Of a stretch of DNA of 64,000 nucleotides, positions 1 through 13,800 are shown one piece after another (position 1 is the first letter of the stretch; each line of letters starts with the position of its first letter). Source of the DNA: Balanoglossus misakiensis (taxonomy: Eukaryota > Animalia > Hemichordata); contig CM082594.2 in the NCBI GenBank assembly GCA_040954595.2, positions 10,542,176 to 10,606,175 on the forward strand. The letters are read 5' to 3'. A model generated the notes under the pieces. The model did not search any database, had not been told where the DNA came from, and saw nothing but the letters and a program-made list of their open reading frames with translations. The translations under genes were made by a program, and so were the position numbers.

Positions 1-346
1 GTAACTGACATCAGTTGTGTCGATTGTGTAAGAGTCTGATGGATGCGGTGGATCAGATGTCACAAAACACTATGGTTAATTTGGCCACAGATCTGACCAG
101 AGAACTGCGACACTCATGCTATTGACCTAGCTACAGATCAATATTTAGCCATAACAGTAAAGCATGGAAGGTCGTATTGCCCACGGTGGAATCACTTTAT
201 CTAATTTTATCGAAATTAGTAACATAGCTAGATAATTTGTTAATTTCATTTGTGCAGTTGTCGTATTATGCATATTCCGTCATTAAAGTATTTTTTTCCC
301 TTTTCTTTTGATATTTCAGGTGTAAGGGAAAACAGAAAAGACCAAA

Positions 347-1831
347 ATGGCCCAGATGAATGGGGGCATGAACCCTGTCACGCCGAGGCAGATGGTCAAC
401 GGATCCAACTCTGTCAACAACAGCCAAGAGTTTGGTTTGCCAGGAGTTGATGAGGACAAACTGAAAAGTCGTCTGTATTCCTATGCACCACAGCAAATTT
501 CTTTCAACAAGACAGCACTACGTTTCAAGAGACCAACTCCCGCTCAAAGAATCACAAAGTCAAAACCAGCAGCTGCAAGGCTTGAACCACTGGTGAGTGG
601 ATGTCTCTAGTTTCAGTTGAGAGCAAGTTATGTTAGACGTTGCAAAGTCACTATGAACTTCATGCAAAATTGAACATATACCGAAGTGTTAAAGCTTGTG
701 AAAAATCTTTCAAGAGAGCCTGAGCAATGAGGTTCGGAAAAATTAATTATATCATATTTTCCCCTCAGCCTGGTCTGGCAAAATTTCAGGAGAGAAACCA
801 ACCAGAATACATCCGCAGGAAAGCGGCTGAAGCTTTGGCACTGCAGAGACAACAGACAGACGAACCACAAGCCAAAAAGAAAAGACCTGCGTCAGTTGAA
901 CCTCTTGAGAGACCCCTTACAGCGTCTCCATTACCTGAGCTACCAGACGACCTCAGACAGAGACAGGTGAGAGAGTAGCACTATCCCTCCCCTATATAGG
1001 TAGAGTGGGTTTGTTTGTGAATGCAGTGTCGATAATGTTAAGTCTAAGAATCTCAATACAGTATAATAATGCTGCCACACTCACATCACACACATCTCAT
1101 TCCACAGGATGCATTTAATGGCCCTGTCAAGATGAGATCTCCAACCCCTCCAAAGGAACTCAAACCAGAGTCTCCTCGCGGCCGAGTGCACACACGCGGT
1201 GCCACAATCGCCGTCCCCGCAGCTAAAGCAGCCGAGGAACTGATAGAGGAAGGGTTTGCAGATATCGAGGAGATCATCCGTGTTGTCCGTGAGAGACCCA
1301 GGCTTGGATTCTTATACATGACACCAGGCGTTCCAAAGTCCTCCATCAAATACCATCCGTACAACCTCAAGTAAGTGATGGTTACAAAGAAATTTTTGCA
1401 GTTTCTTTTTACGAGCTAGAAGTGTTTCATTCAAAAGTGGAAGGAGGTGTTTTAGACATCGTATTCCTGAATACTGAAAACACAAACTTTGGTTTTCCAC
1501 TTTCAGAATTGTATCCCACGGCAACATCAACCCACACGACTACTCAACCATCAGTCTGAAGGGAGTTACACACTTCTCCGGCGACGAGACAGATTTCACG
1601 GAACTGGACAGGTGGGAACAGGAATACAAATACTACACAAAGCTTGTGCAGATACCAACATTTCATCTGTTCCGCAAATGGAAGGCGTTCACGGTCTGGA
1701 GGAAGAACGTTCGTTCCAAGAAGATTGCAAATTGCAAGAAGCAGTTGCAAGAAAACTTATTTATCGTGAATCCGGTAAGTCTTTTCTCGGTGCCTCATTT
1801 ATTTTCCACTGAATGAATGAATAAATGATGG

Positions 1832-1882
<51 letters not shown>

Positions 1883-4800
1883 CTAATTCGTTGTACTTTT
1901 TTGTTTGTTTTCAACAGTCACTGCGTCCAGCATTACTGAATGTGCGCGAGATGTGTTACAGAATCAGTGACATGGGTCTCTGCAAAGTGGAGAAGGGACG
2001 CACATACACTCTGGAGGACTTCAGTGATGCACAGTTTACTCAACTGACTGAGGTAAGTTTTTCACCCCCACGAAATCTGTCTATTCATACTGTCAAAACA
2101 TCTTCACCATTTTAATCAATACATGTACTACACAAGATTGATTACTGAGAGCTTTTTTCACCACACTCTGACTCAGTTCCTAATTGTTTTCATTTTCTAC
2201 TCTCAGGTCTCAGGAAGACTGTCTGAATTCAGAGATCTTGTCAAGGAAGTTGTGCGCAGTGCGTGCAGGACAGCATTACTAGAAGCTGGCTTCACTCCTG
2301 ATGACTATTTCTACGATGCAGACAGCCCAGGACCAGGCATGGGTAAGGACAGTCCTACCTGTATTGGTTGCAGACCTTTATAGAAAGATTCTTTGTCTTT
2401 GATAAAATGATAAGAGAAATACTCTGCTATTTCTTTTTAATCACAAATTGGGTGTGTTTATTTCAGATGACATGCCACCTGGTACAGCTGGATCTAGCTA
2501 CCTGATGCAGAGTAACTATGACATGGACATCTACGGAGAAGCTCCTGATAAAATGACATACACAGAACAAGCCAATAAGAGAACACACTGCAGGAGATTA
2601 ACATGGTGAGTGACCAATATATGCTGTGTACTCACGGACACTTCATGGCATGTTGTCTAAAGTTTGCACTAATGATTTCTGTGTCTTCATCCACATGAAT
2701 AAAGTTTGTGATTTTTTTTTTTGTACAGTTTCATCCGACTGTCGGACTACCTGATTGTGAACACAATGCATGTGTTGGCTGTCAACTCTGTGTCTACACT
2801 GCTGAACTACCTGACAGAGCAGCTGCAGAACACACCCACCTTGGCACAGATACAAGGAATGGAAGACGAAGAAGCCAACAAAGATGATGATAAGGTGAGC
2901 CAGAGAAGACCACATGATCTTTTGGTGGCGCTGTGAACTCTCTGTCTGTATTTAGCTGCTTTAATAAGCAGAACCAAAATAATGTCAATATTAGCAACTT
3001 TGTCCCTTTAATGTTAGGACTTTTCATGGGTAACACGCAGACTCTTACTCTTTTATTTGGCTCTGAACAGGCAACCACTGCTGGTGCCCCCACCACGATC
3101 GGTGCCACTTCCACCCTCGCTGGCACAACCACCGCCACTGGCGTGACTGAAGAAACTGACCACATCCTTCCTCCACTCTACCTGTCCGAGCTGCTGCTGG
3201 AACCCAACCAGCTGCTCTTCGCGCCGGACGTGGATGATTATCAGGAAGGGTTGACGGAGGTCATCAAGAGATTCCAGGATTGTGTTCTGAGCGTGGCCAA
3301 TCTGGTGCCAGATATATACTTTGATGCATTCACAAGGTTTGTCACGACAGTCTCTTTGTGTTTGTTGGTTGGTTATGCATGATGTGATAAAAAAAATTCA
3401 CTGTCTTCCAGGCAGTACATGTTGAGAATTTGTCACACCAAATGTTGTTTTTACTGATTATTCTTCTTTTTTTCTATTGACAGACCAATTATCAACAACA
3501 AGTTTGAAGAGAAGTCATGTGGTGATGGCCCAAGTCTGTCAGCCATGTTTGAAGATGACAAACATCTGATGGGTATCGTACAGAACATCAGAGTAAGTCA
3601 CTGCACACCCTTTCACCCCCATTTCTCTGTGAATGGATCAATCCATGCTGCTTTTAGCATGTGAAGTACATTTGATACAAAAATGAGATCAAAAAATCAC
3701 GCTGATAGCTGTCACGGTCAAGATCTGATGTGGAGTCTTACCAGACATTTTTTTTAAATTCCTCATTCTAACTTTCTATCTTTCAACCCTTCCCTCCATC
3801 CAGGATGCCATCATTGCAGCTTTCAACGCCGCCAACCAGTATGCAGACACCTTTGAATCCTACCGGGAATTCTACAGAGAGAACGAGAGTCTGGATCTGG
3901 AAGCAATCAAAGCAGAAGAACATGGTACGTATATGGCATTTTAAAATGATTTAACCTTTCTTTACCATGGTTTAGAGTAACAGCAGCTGTTTTGTCTATT
4001 CTCTTCTAATTCCTTTTGATGTGTTGCATTGATTCCACAGAGGTGCAGTTCTTTGCAAATTCCTTGGAGAAGTACCATGGCGAACACAAACGCGCTGAAG
4101 CCATCAAGGTCAGACGACCTATCGGTATGTTATTGGTGGATGCAGCACAACTGAGGAACAGACTGATTCCGTCACCGCTCAGATGCTTGGAGGTAAGAAC
4201 TGTGAACATTGAAATGTGCCTGATGCCGTCACTCCTGTGCACTGTGGACTTGTCCTAGTCATTTTCATAGGATGTTCACAGACACACAGACTAACTAGCT
4301 CTCCTAACCAGACTTGTAGTGATTATGTTATGTAGCTGCATCAACCCTATCACCATCTTTTGTAGGTCATCAATGACATCCTCCCAGTGCTTGCAAAGAA
4401 GAGAACTGATGTGCTGATCGCAGAGGCTCAAGATGCGCAGTACAAGCTGGAGATTGTCCCCACGGCAACCATCGAGTATGTGGAGAGTCTGACTTTCCTG
4501 GATGAGATCCAAGAAAGGGTAAGTGCAAATGATAAATATGAATGAAAATCTGATGTATATTGTTGAATTATGTGTTTTTCGCAAATGTGAATGTGTCAAA
4601 TTATCAAGGTGACAGAACTATTGGAATAATGATGGTGACTTTTTCCTGCATACAGATTGATGGCATGGATGCCGAGGCTCTCATTGTGAAAGAGATGTAC
4701 GAATTGATCGAGCACTACACAGTCCCAACACCACCAGAAGACTTCGCCGTCTACCAGACTCTGAATCCCTCAGTGAGTGCGGTCAGGAATGCCATTGACA

Positions 4801-7800
4801 AGGCTGTAGGTGAACGGGATGCCAACATCGACAAGTTCTGCAACACATTGGACAAAGATATTGCTGAGTTGAATAAAGATGTCAAGGAGATCAAACAAGA
4901 GTCACAGGTGAGGTTCTCACCCATTTACTAGAGTAGTATGGTTTAACCCAGTTGTTTCTAATGGAGAGGTTATACCATTTGAGAAAATATGGGGGTGAAA
5001 GGTATAAAATTTGTGTAAGACATTTTTGATTTCTTTACCAGAACCCGATGATCCTGGATGCAAACGCTGACCGTGAAAAGATCATGGCTGTGCTGGCCAA
5101 ACTGCAGGACAAAATGGACAAGATACAGAAGACAGCATTTACCTACAAATCCTACCAGAAGAACTTCAAAGTGGAGATCACAAAGTATGAAGAACTGGAG
5201 GAAGTACACGCTGAGTTGAAACTGAAACAATTGCTGTGGGATTCTCTCAGAGATTGGGATGCCAATGCTGAGGAGTGGCAAACTGTAAGTTTATGACATC
5301 ACGAAGACTGTAGTTTGATTTCTTAATTTTTTTTGTCATTTTGGCCAACTTTTTTTCTTAATTGATTGTTGTGCAGAACTTGATGGTTGTGTTCTTTCTC
5401 TTCTCCAGTGTGACTTTGAACAGTTGGATCCAGAGCAGCTGAATGGCCACGTCATGAAATACGCCAAGTCAGTCTATCAGCTGGAGAAAGGTCTACCACC
5501 AAACCAAGTGGTACCTCAACTCAAAGATCGAGTGGAAAGTATGCGAGAAAAGGTAAGATATAATCATACATTGGTAATTATCAATCACTTCCTGAGCGTC
5601 TGTGCAAAGCCTTCATGACATTTGACCTCTGTTGTTTCCTGCAGTTGCCGATGGTGACCAACCTGAGAAACCCCTCCTTGAAGCAGCGTCACTGGGACAT
5701 GATAGAGAACATCTTCGACTATCACTTCACTCCCGAGGAGCCTCTGACACTGGGTGTCCTGGACAAGATTGATGCATTCAAACACACAGAGGCTATTGAG
5801 GAGATCTCAGGTATGGCTTCCAGTGAAGCCTCCTTGGAAGCCCTCCTCAAGAAGGTTGAAGATGCATGGAAGACCACGGAATTCGTCGTGCTTCCGCACC
5901 GTGACTCCAAAGACGTCTTCATCCTGGGTGGCACAGACGACATCCAGGTGCTGTTGGATGACAGTATGGTGAACGTCTCCACCATCGCCAGCTCTCGACA
6001 CGTTGGACCGATCAAGCCACGAGTGGAAGAGTGGTTGAAGAACCTGCAACTGTTCAGTGAAACACTGGTAAGTAATCGCAGTTCAATATCTCTTCACTGT
6101 TTAGGCATGAACTCCCCCCCCCCCTCCCACCTGCGAGGCAGCAATGACTGCAGTTTAACTTATCCTGAAAGTAGAGATGATAAATTTTGTTCCATTGACG
6201 ATAGTATACATGTAGGAGAAAAATTTCACTTACAAATGTTCACATATGTTTTTATTTTTTTACAGGACGAATGGTTGAACTGTCAGAGAAACTGGTTGTA
6301 CCTGGAGAGCATCTTCAGTGCTCCCGATATCCAGAGACAGTTGCCGGCTGAATCCAAGATGTTCGCCACAGTGGACAAATCCTGGAAGGAGATTATGCGA
6401 AAGGTCTACCGTCTGCCCAACGCGTTGAGAGCAGCCACCCAGCCAGGCCTGTTGGAGACATTCCAGAACAACAATGCCCTGTTGGACCAGATCCAGAAGT
6501 GCCTGGAAGCCTATCTGGAGTCTAAGAGAGTTATTTTCTCCAGGTATATAAAACACCGTTTGAGTAACATTTTGACTGACTATACATATCATGAACCCTA
6601 GTTGGGAACCTCCTGTTTTATCTGTACACCAGTCAGATTTTAATGATAGAATCTTAGTGAGCAAATTTTGCTGTATATACAGGTGAGAAATATGAAATTA
6701 ATTTGTTTGTTTCTTACTCTCTGTCCATCATCAGATTCTATTTCTTATCCAATGATGAGTTGCTGGAGATTCTGTCACAGACCCGTAACCCACAGGCCGT
6801 ACAGCCTCATCTACGCAAGTGTTTCGACGCTATTGCTAAGCTGGAGTTTGGCTCAGATGTGGTACCCAAGTCCAGTGACGGAAAAGCCACCCCATCACAA
6901 GGTAAACACATATTGCTGGTATAATTTACTTCTACTGTGCGGAATGACATCACTGGTAGGCAAATTATGTTGAACCAGATTCTTCTTTTATTTAAGGATG
7001 GATGCAGACATGACAAGTGAAACGCAGAAACAGGGTAAAGTTTGGTGAATGATTTTTGAAATCTCACTTCTGTTTTTTCCTGTCCTTCAACAGAAGCAGA
7101 AGCCTCCAAGGTGAGTGCCAACGACATCTTGGCAATGCTGTCCCCAGAAAACGAGAAAGTCAGTCTGGGGAAGGGTTTGAAGGCCAGAGGCAACGTGGAA
7201 GACTGGCTGGGCAAAGTGGAGGAAGCCATGATGTCATCATTGAGGAGACTCACCAAAAGCGCCCTGGCCGACTATGAGCGGCGCCCCCGTGAAGAGTGGG
7301 TGGTCCTGCACGCCTCGCAAGTCGTGCTGACTGTCAGTCAGATAGTGTGGTGCCGTGAAATCACCGAGATCTTGGAGGGAGACTTTGATCGCCTGGAAGC
7401 CATAGAAGACTTTGAGAAGCAGTGCTTCAAGGTACAGCAGTCTTATATATGTGTGTATGGGGGGAGGGGCATGTTTATGTGTGTGCATGCTGCATGCATT
7501 TGTTAAGTCTCGCTTGTATGTGCATAAATGTTTTGTATAAATATTTTTTGTTCATTTCTGTATCAAACATACCCTTTCATTCTTTCTCTGACAGAATCTA
7601 AACCAGCTGGCTTTCTTGGTGCGTGGCGAGCTACCCAAACTGGCCCGTAGCATTCTGTGTGCCCTGATCACCATCGATGTGCACGCCAGAGACATTGTGA
7701 CGGAAATGGTACGCATGGAAGTGCAGCACGGAAACAGTTTCGACTGGACGAAGAACCTGCGCTATTACTGGGATTACGATGTGGACAACTGCATCGTCCG

Positions 7801-10800
7801 GATGTCTACGTCTCAGTACGTCTACGGATACGAGTATCTGGGTGCTTCGGCTAGATTGGTCATCACACCATTGACTGTAAGTACCGGTATCTCACATATA
7901 ATTCTGTGTGACTTATTTTCAGGCCTGGCATCCCCGTTTCTCAGAGGATAGGTCCAACCGTGCTATTTATAACAATAGGAGTCAACCAAATCTGGCGATG
8001 AACGTGGTATAGTGGTAGTTGTAATTACGCAGTCGCTAATACCCATTGTCTTGTTTTGTTTTTTCTACAGGATCGTTGTTACCTCTGCTTGATGGGCGCC
8101 TTGCAGTTAGACCTAGGTGGTGCCCCGGCCGGACCTGCTGGTACTGGCAAGACAGAAACCACCAAAGATTTGGCCAAGTCGCTGGCCAAACAGTGTGTCG
8201 TCTTCAACTGCTCCGATGGTCTGGACTACAAGATGATGGGTCGTTTCTTCTCCGGTCTGGCCCAGTCCGGAGCCTGGTGTTGCTTTGATGAGTTCAACCG
8301 TATCTACATTGAAGTGTTGTCTGTCATTGCCCAGCAGCTCATTACCATCAGAAACGCAAAAGCTGCAAAGGTAATACACAAATCATTTCTTAAAAATGAA
8401 AATTCTAATTTGTAGTGTCATTAATGTAAAACAAGAGTAATTATTATCATGATGACATCAAACACAGAGAGGCTAAACTTAGTGTCTTTTCTTGTCCCCC
8501 CAGGTTTCAAGATTCATGTTTGAAGGGCGTGAAATCAAGTTGATCGCCAGCTGTGCAGCTTTCATCACTATGAACCCGGGTTACGCTGGTCGTACAGAAC
8601 TTCCAGATAACTTGAAGGCTCTTTTCAGACCCATTGCTATGATGGTACCTGATTACGGTGAGTAAAAAAAATCAGTTGCTCTGATTTTTTTAGTCCCATA
8701 CACTTTACACTGGTTTATTTGGAAAATTTGAAAAAAAATGTGGCTATGAGAAAATGGAATGAAAGTCGTACTATGGCAGCCAACTTATTTGCATCTTACC
8801 TTTGACCATCAGGTTTGATCGCTGAGGTGATCCTGTACTCTGAGGGTTTTGAATCGTCCAAGAACCTGGCCCGTAAGATGGTTCAGATGTACAAATTGTG
8901 CAGTGAACAGCTGTCTCAGCAAGACCATTATGATTTCGGCATGAGAGCTGTCAAGTCCGTGTTGGTGATGGCCGGGTCGCTGAAACGTGACAACCCGAAC
9001 ATCGGCGAAGATGTCGTACTGATCAGGGCATTGCGTGACAGCAATCTGCCCAAATTCTTGACCGATGATGCCCTGTTATTCAAGGTGAGGAATTCAGCGC
9101 TAAGGGAATCAGTCAAATCGCAAAAGAATGAAATAATAGTCATCTTTGATATTTTTGTATATGATACTGGTAATATTATACAAAGTGATGTTTTTTATTC
9201 CTTCTGATTAGGCTATCCTATCCGATTTGTTCCCTGGTGTTGAAATTCCGGAGCATGACTATGGTGTCCTGCAAGAATTCATTGTGGACGGCCTCAAAGT
9301 AAGAGGTCTGCAGGTGGTTGACTCAATGGTGAAAAAAGTGATCCAGCTGTACGAGACCATGATTGTCAGACATGGTGTCATGTTGGTCGGCCCCACTGGT
9401 GGTGGCAAGACAACTGTATATGAGGTCAGTTCACATTGCCTTTTTCCAATCCTTTTTTACCCCATTGTCAAGTACTTACTGAAATGTACACATGATGCAA
9501 CTGGGCAGTCTCAGATTTGAAATGCACACGTAGAAAGATGTACTGTCAACTGAGTAACTCACATCTGAAATTTACACATGATGTACTGACAGCTGATTGA
9601 TCTGCCATCTTCCAGATTCTGAAAGACACACTAACCAACCTGCACGCAGCCGGCCACGAGGACCCACAATATCTGCCAGTGCATACCTTTGTACTCAACC
9701 CCAAATCAATCACCATGGGTGAGCTTTACGGTGAAATCAACAAACTGACCCTGGAGTGGCAGGATGGACTGATGGCACTGACAGTCCGACACACTGTCAA
9801 TGTAAGTTGGGATGAGAATATGATCAGGTTATTACAAAAATACAGCAAAGACCCTATGGTTGTCATATTTTCAGTTTCTTAACTTGATATGTACATTTTT
9901 CTCGTATTTGTACAATTGTAGTTGTAATGTCATTATTTTCATTTGTACGATAAATTGACTGATATATGAAATATTTTCCTTTTTCCCTCCAGGACACATC
10001 TGAAGATCACAAATGGGTTGTATGTGATGGTCCCGTAGATGCCCTGTGGATTGAAAACATGAACACTGTCCTGGACGACAACAAAATGTTGTGTCTGGCC
10101 AACAGTGAACGTATCAAGCTGAACCCAACCATTCACATGTTGTTTGAAGTGCAGGATTTGGCCGTGGCCTCTCCTGCCACAGTCAGTCGGTGAGTTTGCA
10201 AGTCTTTGACTCTCTCACTGTGTGTTGCCAGTCAGTTGCTTTTAGTTGTAGCGTGTAAGAAACAGACAACAGAACGCCGAGCTTATTGTTGGCATACACT
10301 GTCAATTCTTCCAGATGTGGTATGGTGTACATCGACCCAGACGATCTCAAATGGAGACCCTACGTGGAGACATGGATCAAGAAACACGAAGGAAAAATGA
10401 AGGAAGAGACCCACCAGTTTCTCATGGATCTCTTCGATCAGTACGTGCAAGACGGCTTGACATTTGTCGCAAAGAAACTGACACAGGCCATCAACCAGGT
10501 GAGGGTGACTTCTTTATTAACTATTTTTGCTCTGATGGTTTTTGTATCAATATAAAAATGTAGTTAAAAGGAAGTCATTGATTTGAAGGATCATACATTT
10601 ATCTGATATCAACCTTCATCTGATTTCAGGTTGAGATCGCCAAAGTTTCCATCCTGTGTGACCTGCTAGACGCCATTGTGTTTGGCAAAAAGGGACCCGA
10701 CTTCAAAATGGACACAAACAGACTGAACCCGCTGCTTTGCACGGCGTTTGTCTTCTGCTATTTGTGGTCCATCGGTGGCAACATCGTGGAGAGCTGCTTT

Positions 10801-13800
10801 GATAAGTTTGACACTTTCGTCCGGAATCAGTTTGAAGACAATGGCGATGCCAAGGTAGGGTGTTGCTCCTATTCATGGGGGAAATGGAATGACCCGTACA
10901 TGTGAAATATTTGAATCGGGTTATGCCATTTTCAGCAAATGGGTATGCGATGATGCTAGACTGGTACAGTACTTGCTTTCTCTAGTGTGAAATGTGATCA
11001 TCTGCATAAAGGGTGTGTTTCCAGTTGAGATTGTCTATGACCAGGTATCCCAATACTTAAACGTGTCTCTTTTTGTTGATATCAGCTTCCGACAGGCGGT
11101 GACTTGTGGAGTTGCTACATGGACTTTGACACCAAACGCATGGATCTGTGGGAGAGAATCATCCCAACTTTCAAATACAACAAGGAAGTGCCGTTCTTTG
11201 ACATGCTGGTGCCCACAGTGGACACAGTCAGGTTCGGCTACTTGATGGAGAAATTGCTCAGTGTCAAACGATCTGTGCTCTTCACAGGAACCACAGGTGT
11301 AGGAAAGGTAATGGAACAAGAATTTGTGAAATTTTCACTGTCTTCTTGTAATTATGCCATTGTATGCATGATTTTGCAAAATACACTGTTTATGCAATTC
11401 TCTTTTGTCTGGCACTGTGCTATTCTGATAAAAAAAAATCCATTTCTGTTGACAGTCTGTCATTGCCCGCGGTCTGCTGACCAACATCCAAGAAAAAGAA
11501 AACTACGTATCGGTGTTCATCAACTTCTCTGCTCAGACAAGCAGCAACAGAACCCAGGAAATGATTGAAGGCAAACTGGAAAAGAAGAGAAAGAATATTC
11601 TTGGTGAGTGAGGGGAGCCCTTCCCACCCCTGTCAAAGGGGCAAATGATAGAATTTCCCATTGTTCTTAGAATTTGTGACTTGACGATTTATGCGAGATG
11701 GGGCATGGGAAGTTGGTTGGAAGGAAACATGGGGGATTTCATTTTAGGCACAGCTGCGTGGGTGACTATTCCTTCTAAATATTTGTTTGCATCTGTTTTC
11801 ACAGGTGCACCGGCTGGCAAGCGTATCATCATCTTTGTGGACGATTTGAACATGCCCAAACTGGACACCTATGGATCTCAGCCGCCAATCGAGCTGCTGA
11901 GACAGTACCAAGACTTTGGTGGATTGTACGACAGAGAAAAACTATTCTGGAAAGAAATACATGTAAGTGTTATAACTCAACTATGACCCACAAAGAAAAT
12001 TTGTTTATGATTGATCTTATTAAGATGTATGACATATTTGATTATTTTTTTCTATTCCATTCTAGGACATGACCTTATCAGCTGCATGTGCGCCCCCTGG
12101 TGGTGGTCGTAACCCAGTCACACCACGTATGTTCAGACATTTTGCTATGCTGTGTATCCCAAGTGCCTCAGAGTACAGCTTGAAGCACATCTTCAAGGTT
12201 GGTAACATCTCTACGATATTTTTTCACTTATTTTTTTTTTCAGTATTTAACGCAAGTATCCATTTTAAGTTCCTCTGACTGGGTAATTAGCGAAGTCACT
12301 TATATAAAGTTTTACTCCAATATCAAGTAACTATGTTGTCTTTACTTTGATCGACACTGTACAATCACTCTCCCTCTTTTCCCCTTTCCAGTCTATCATC
12401 ACTGGATTCTTGGTAGATTTCCCACAGGCCGTCAGACAATGCGCTGAGGCCATTGTAGGCGCTGCTGTTGATATTTACGGACGAATGAGCACAGATCTGC
12501 TGCCTACCCCAGCAAAATCACATTACGTGTTCAATCTTAGAGATCTGTCCAAGTGTGTGCAAGGTAAGGCAAGGTTTAATCACAGAATCACCCACCACCA
12601 CCACAGTATGGTTCAGTCCTATCATCTTCCATTGTAGAGTTGGACTGTTGTACTTGGATGTAGGGGTATAAAAAAATAACCCTGCTTTTATGCCCCTCTT
12701 CCCCATCCAGGAATCCTGCAAGCCGACCCAAGCGGCGTCCGCGACCAAAACCAGATGTTCCGCCTCTTCTGCCACGAGTCGCAGAGAGTCTTCCACGACC
12801 GTCTGATCAACCACGAGGACAAGAACTACTTCCATGAGATCCTGGCAGAGATGGCCAGCAAACACTTCAGTCATCAGGTGGATCCGCTCTCCTTCGTGAA
12901 GGAGCCGATTATATTTGGGGACTTCATGAAAATGGGCGCTGATGAGACGGAGAAAATGTATGAAGATATTCCAAACCTGGAAAAATTGAAAAATATCCTT
13001 GTTGATGTGAGTTTGAGATGTTTTATTTCATACCAATTGATTTTACTCATTCAATTCATTGATTTCACTTGTTTGTTTCATTGATTTTACTTCTTCATTT
13101 GATTCTCACAACAGTACCTGGATGATTTCAACATGAGCTCTTCCAAAGAAATGAAGTTGGTGTTTTTCCTGGATGCCATAGAGCATGTTTCAAGGTAAAT
13201 AGAAAAAATAGTGACCTAGTGTGCAGTCTTTCAGCATGTTCAGAATTTTGATACTTGGAAACTGCTGACCAGATTGTTGGACCTGGCATCCTGGTATTTT
13301 CACTGAACATTACACAACTTGAGTATACGTTCACTCATAGAAAATATTGCGACTCATCTTGCATTCCTTTTTTCAGAATTGCTCGTATGATCCGCCAAGA
13401 GCGAGGCAACGCTCTGCTTGTAGGCGTCGGTGGTACCGGCAAACAGTCTCTGACACGGCTGGCCTCACACATCTGTGGTTGCAAGTGTTTCCAGATTGAA
13501 CTCAGTCGTGGTTATGACTACATGGCCTTCCATGAAGATCTGAAGAAACTGTACGAAATGGCTGGTGTGGCAGGCGACAACACTGTCTTCTTGTTTACAG
13601 ATACACAGGTATGTTAACAAATGTGTGACGTTTGTAATTTCTGTTCTGGGTGGCCTCTTTTAAGTAAAGTCTACCTGTGCAGACAATCTTAAGATTGAAA
13701 TCACTAAACATGCAAATTCACACCATCCTATTCACAGATTGTGGTTGAAGAATTCCTGGAAGATATCAACAACATTCTGAACTCCGGTGAAGTGCCCAAT

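Noticed and set aside
3071-3150. Thr/Ala/Gly-rich stretch in DNAH6 suspected to be foreign
   Set aside because: It is in frame within a normal exon and is simply a low-complexity loop in the tail.
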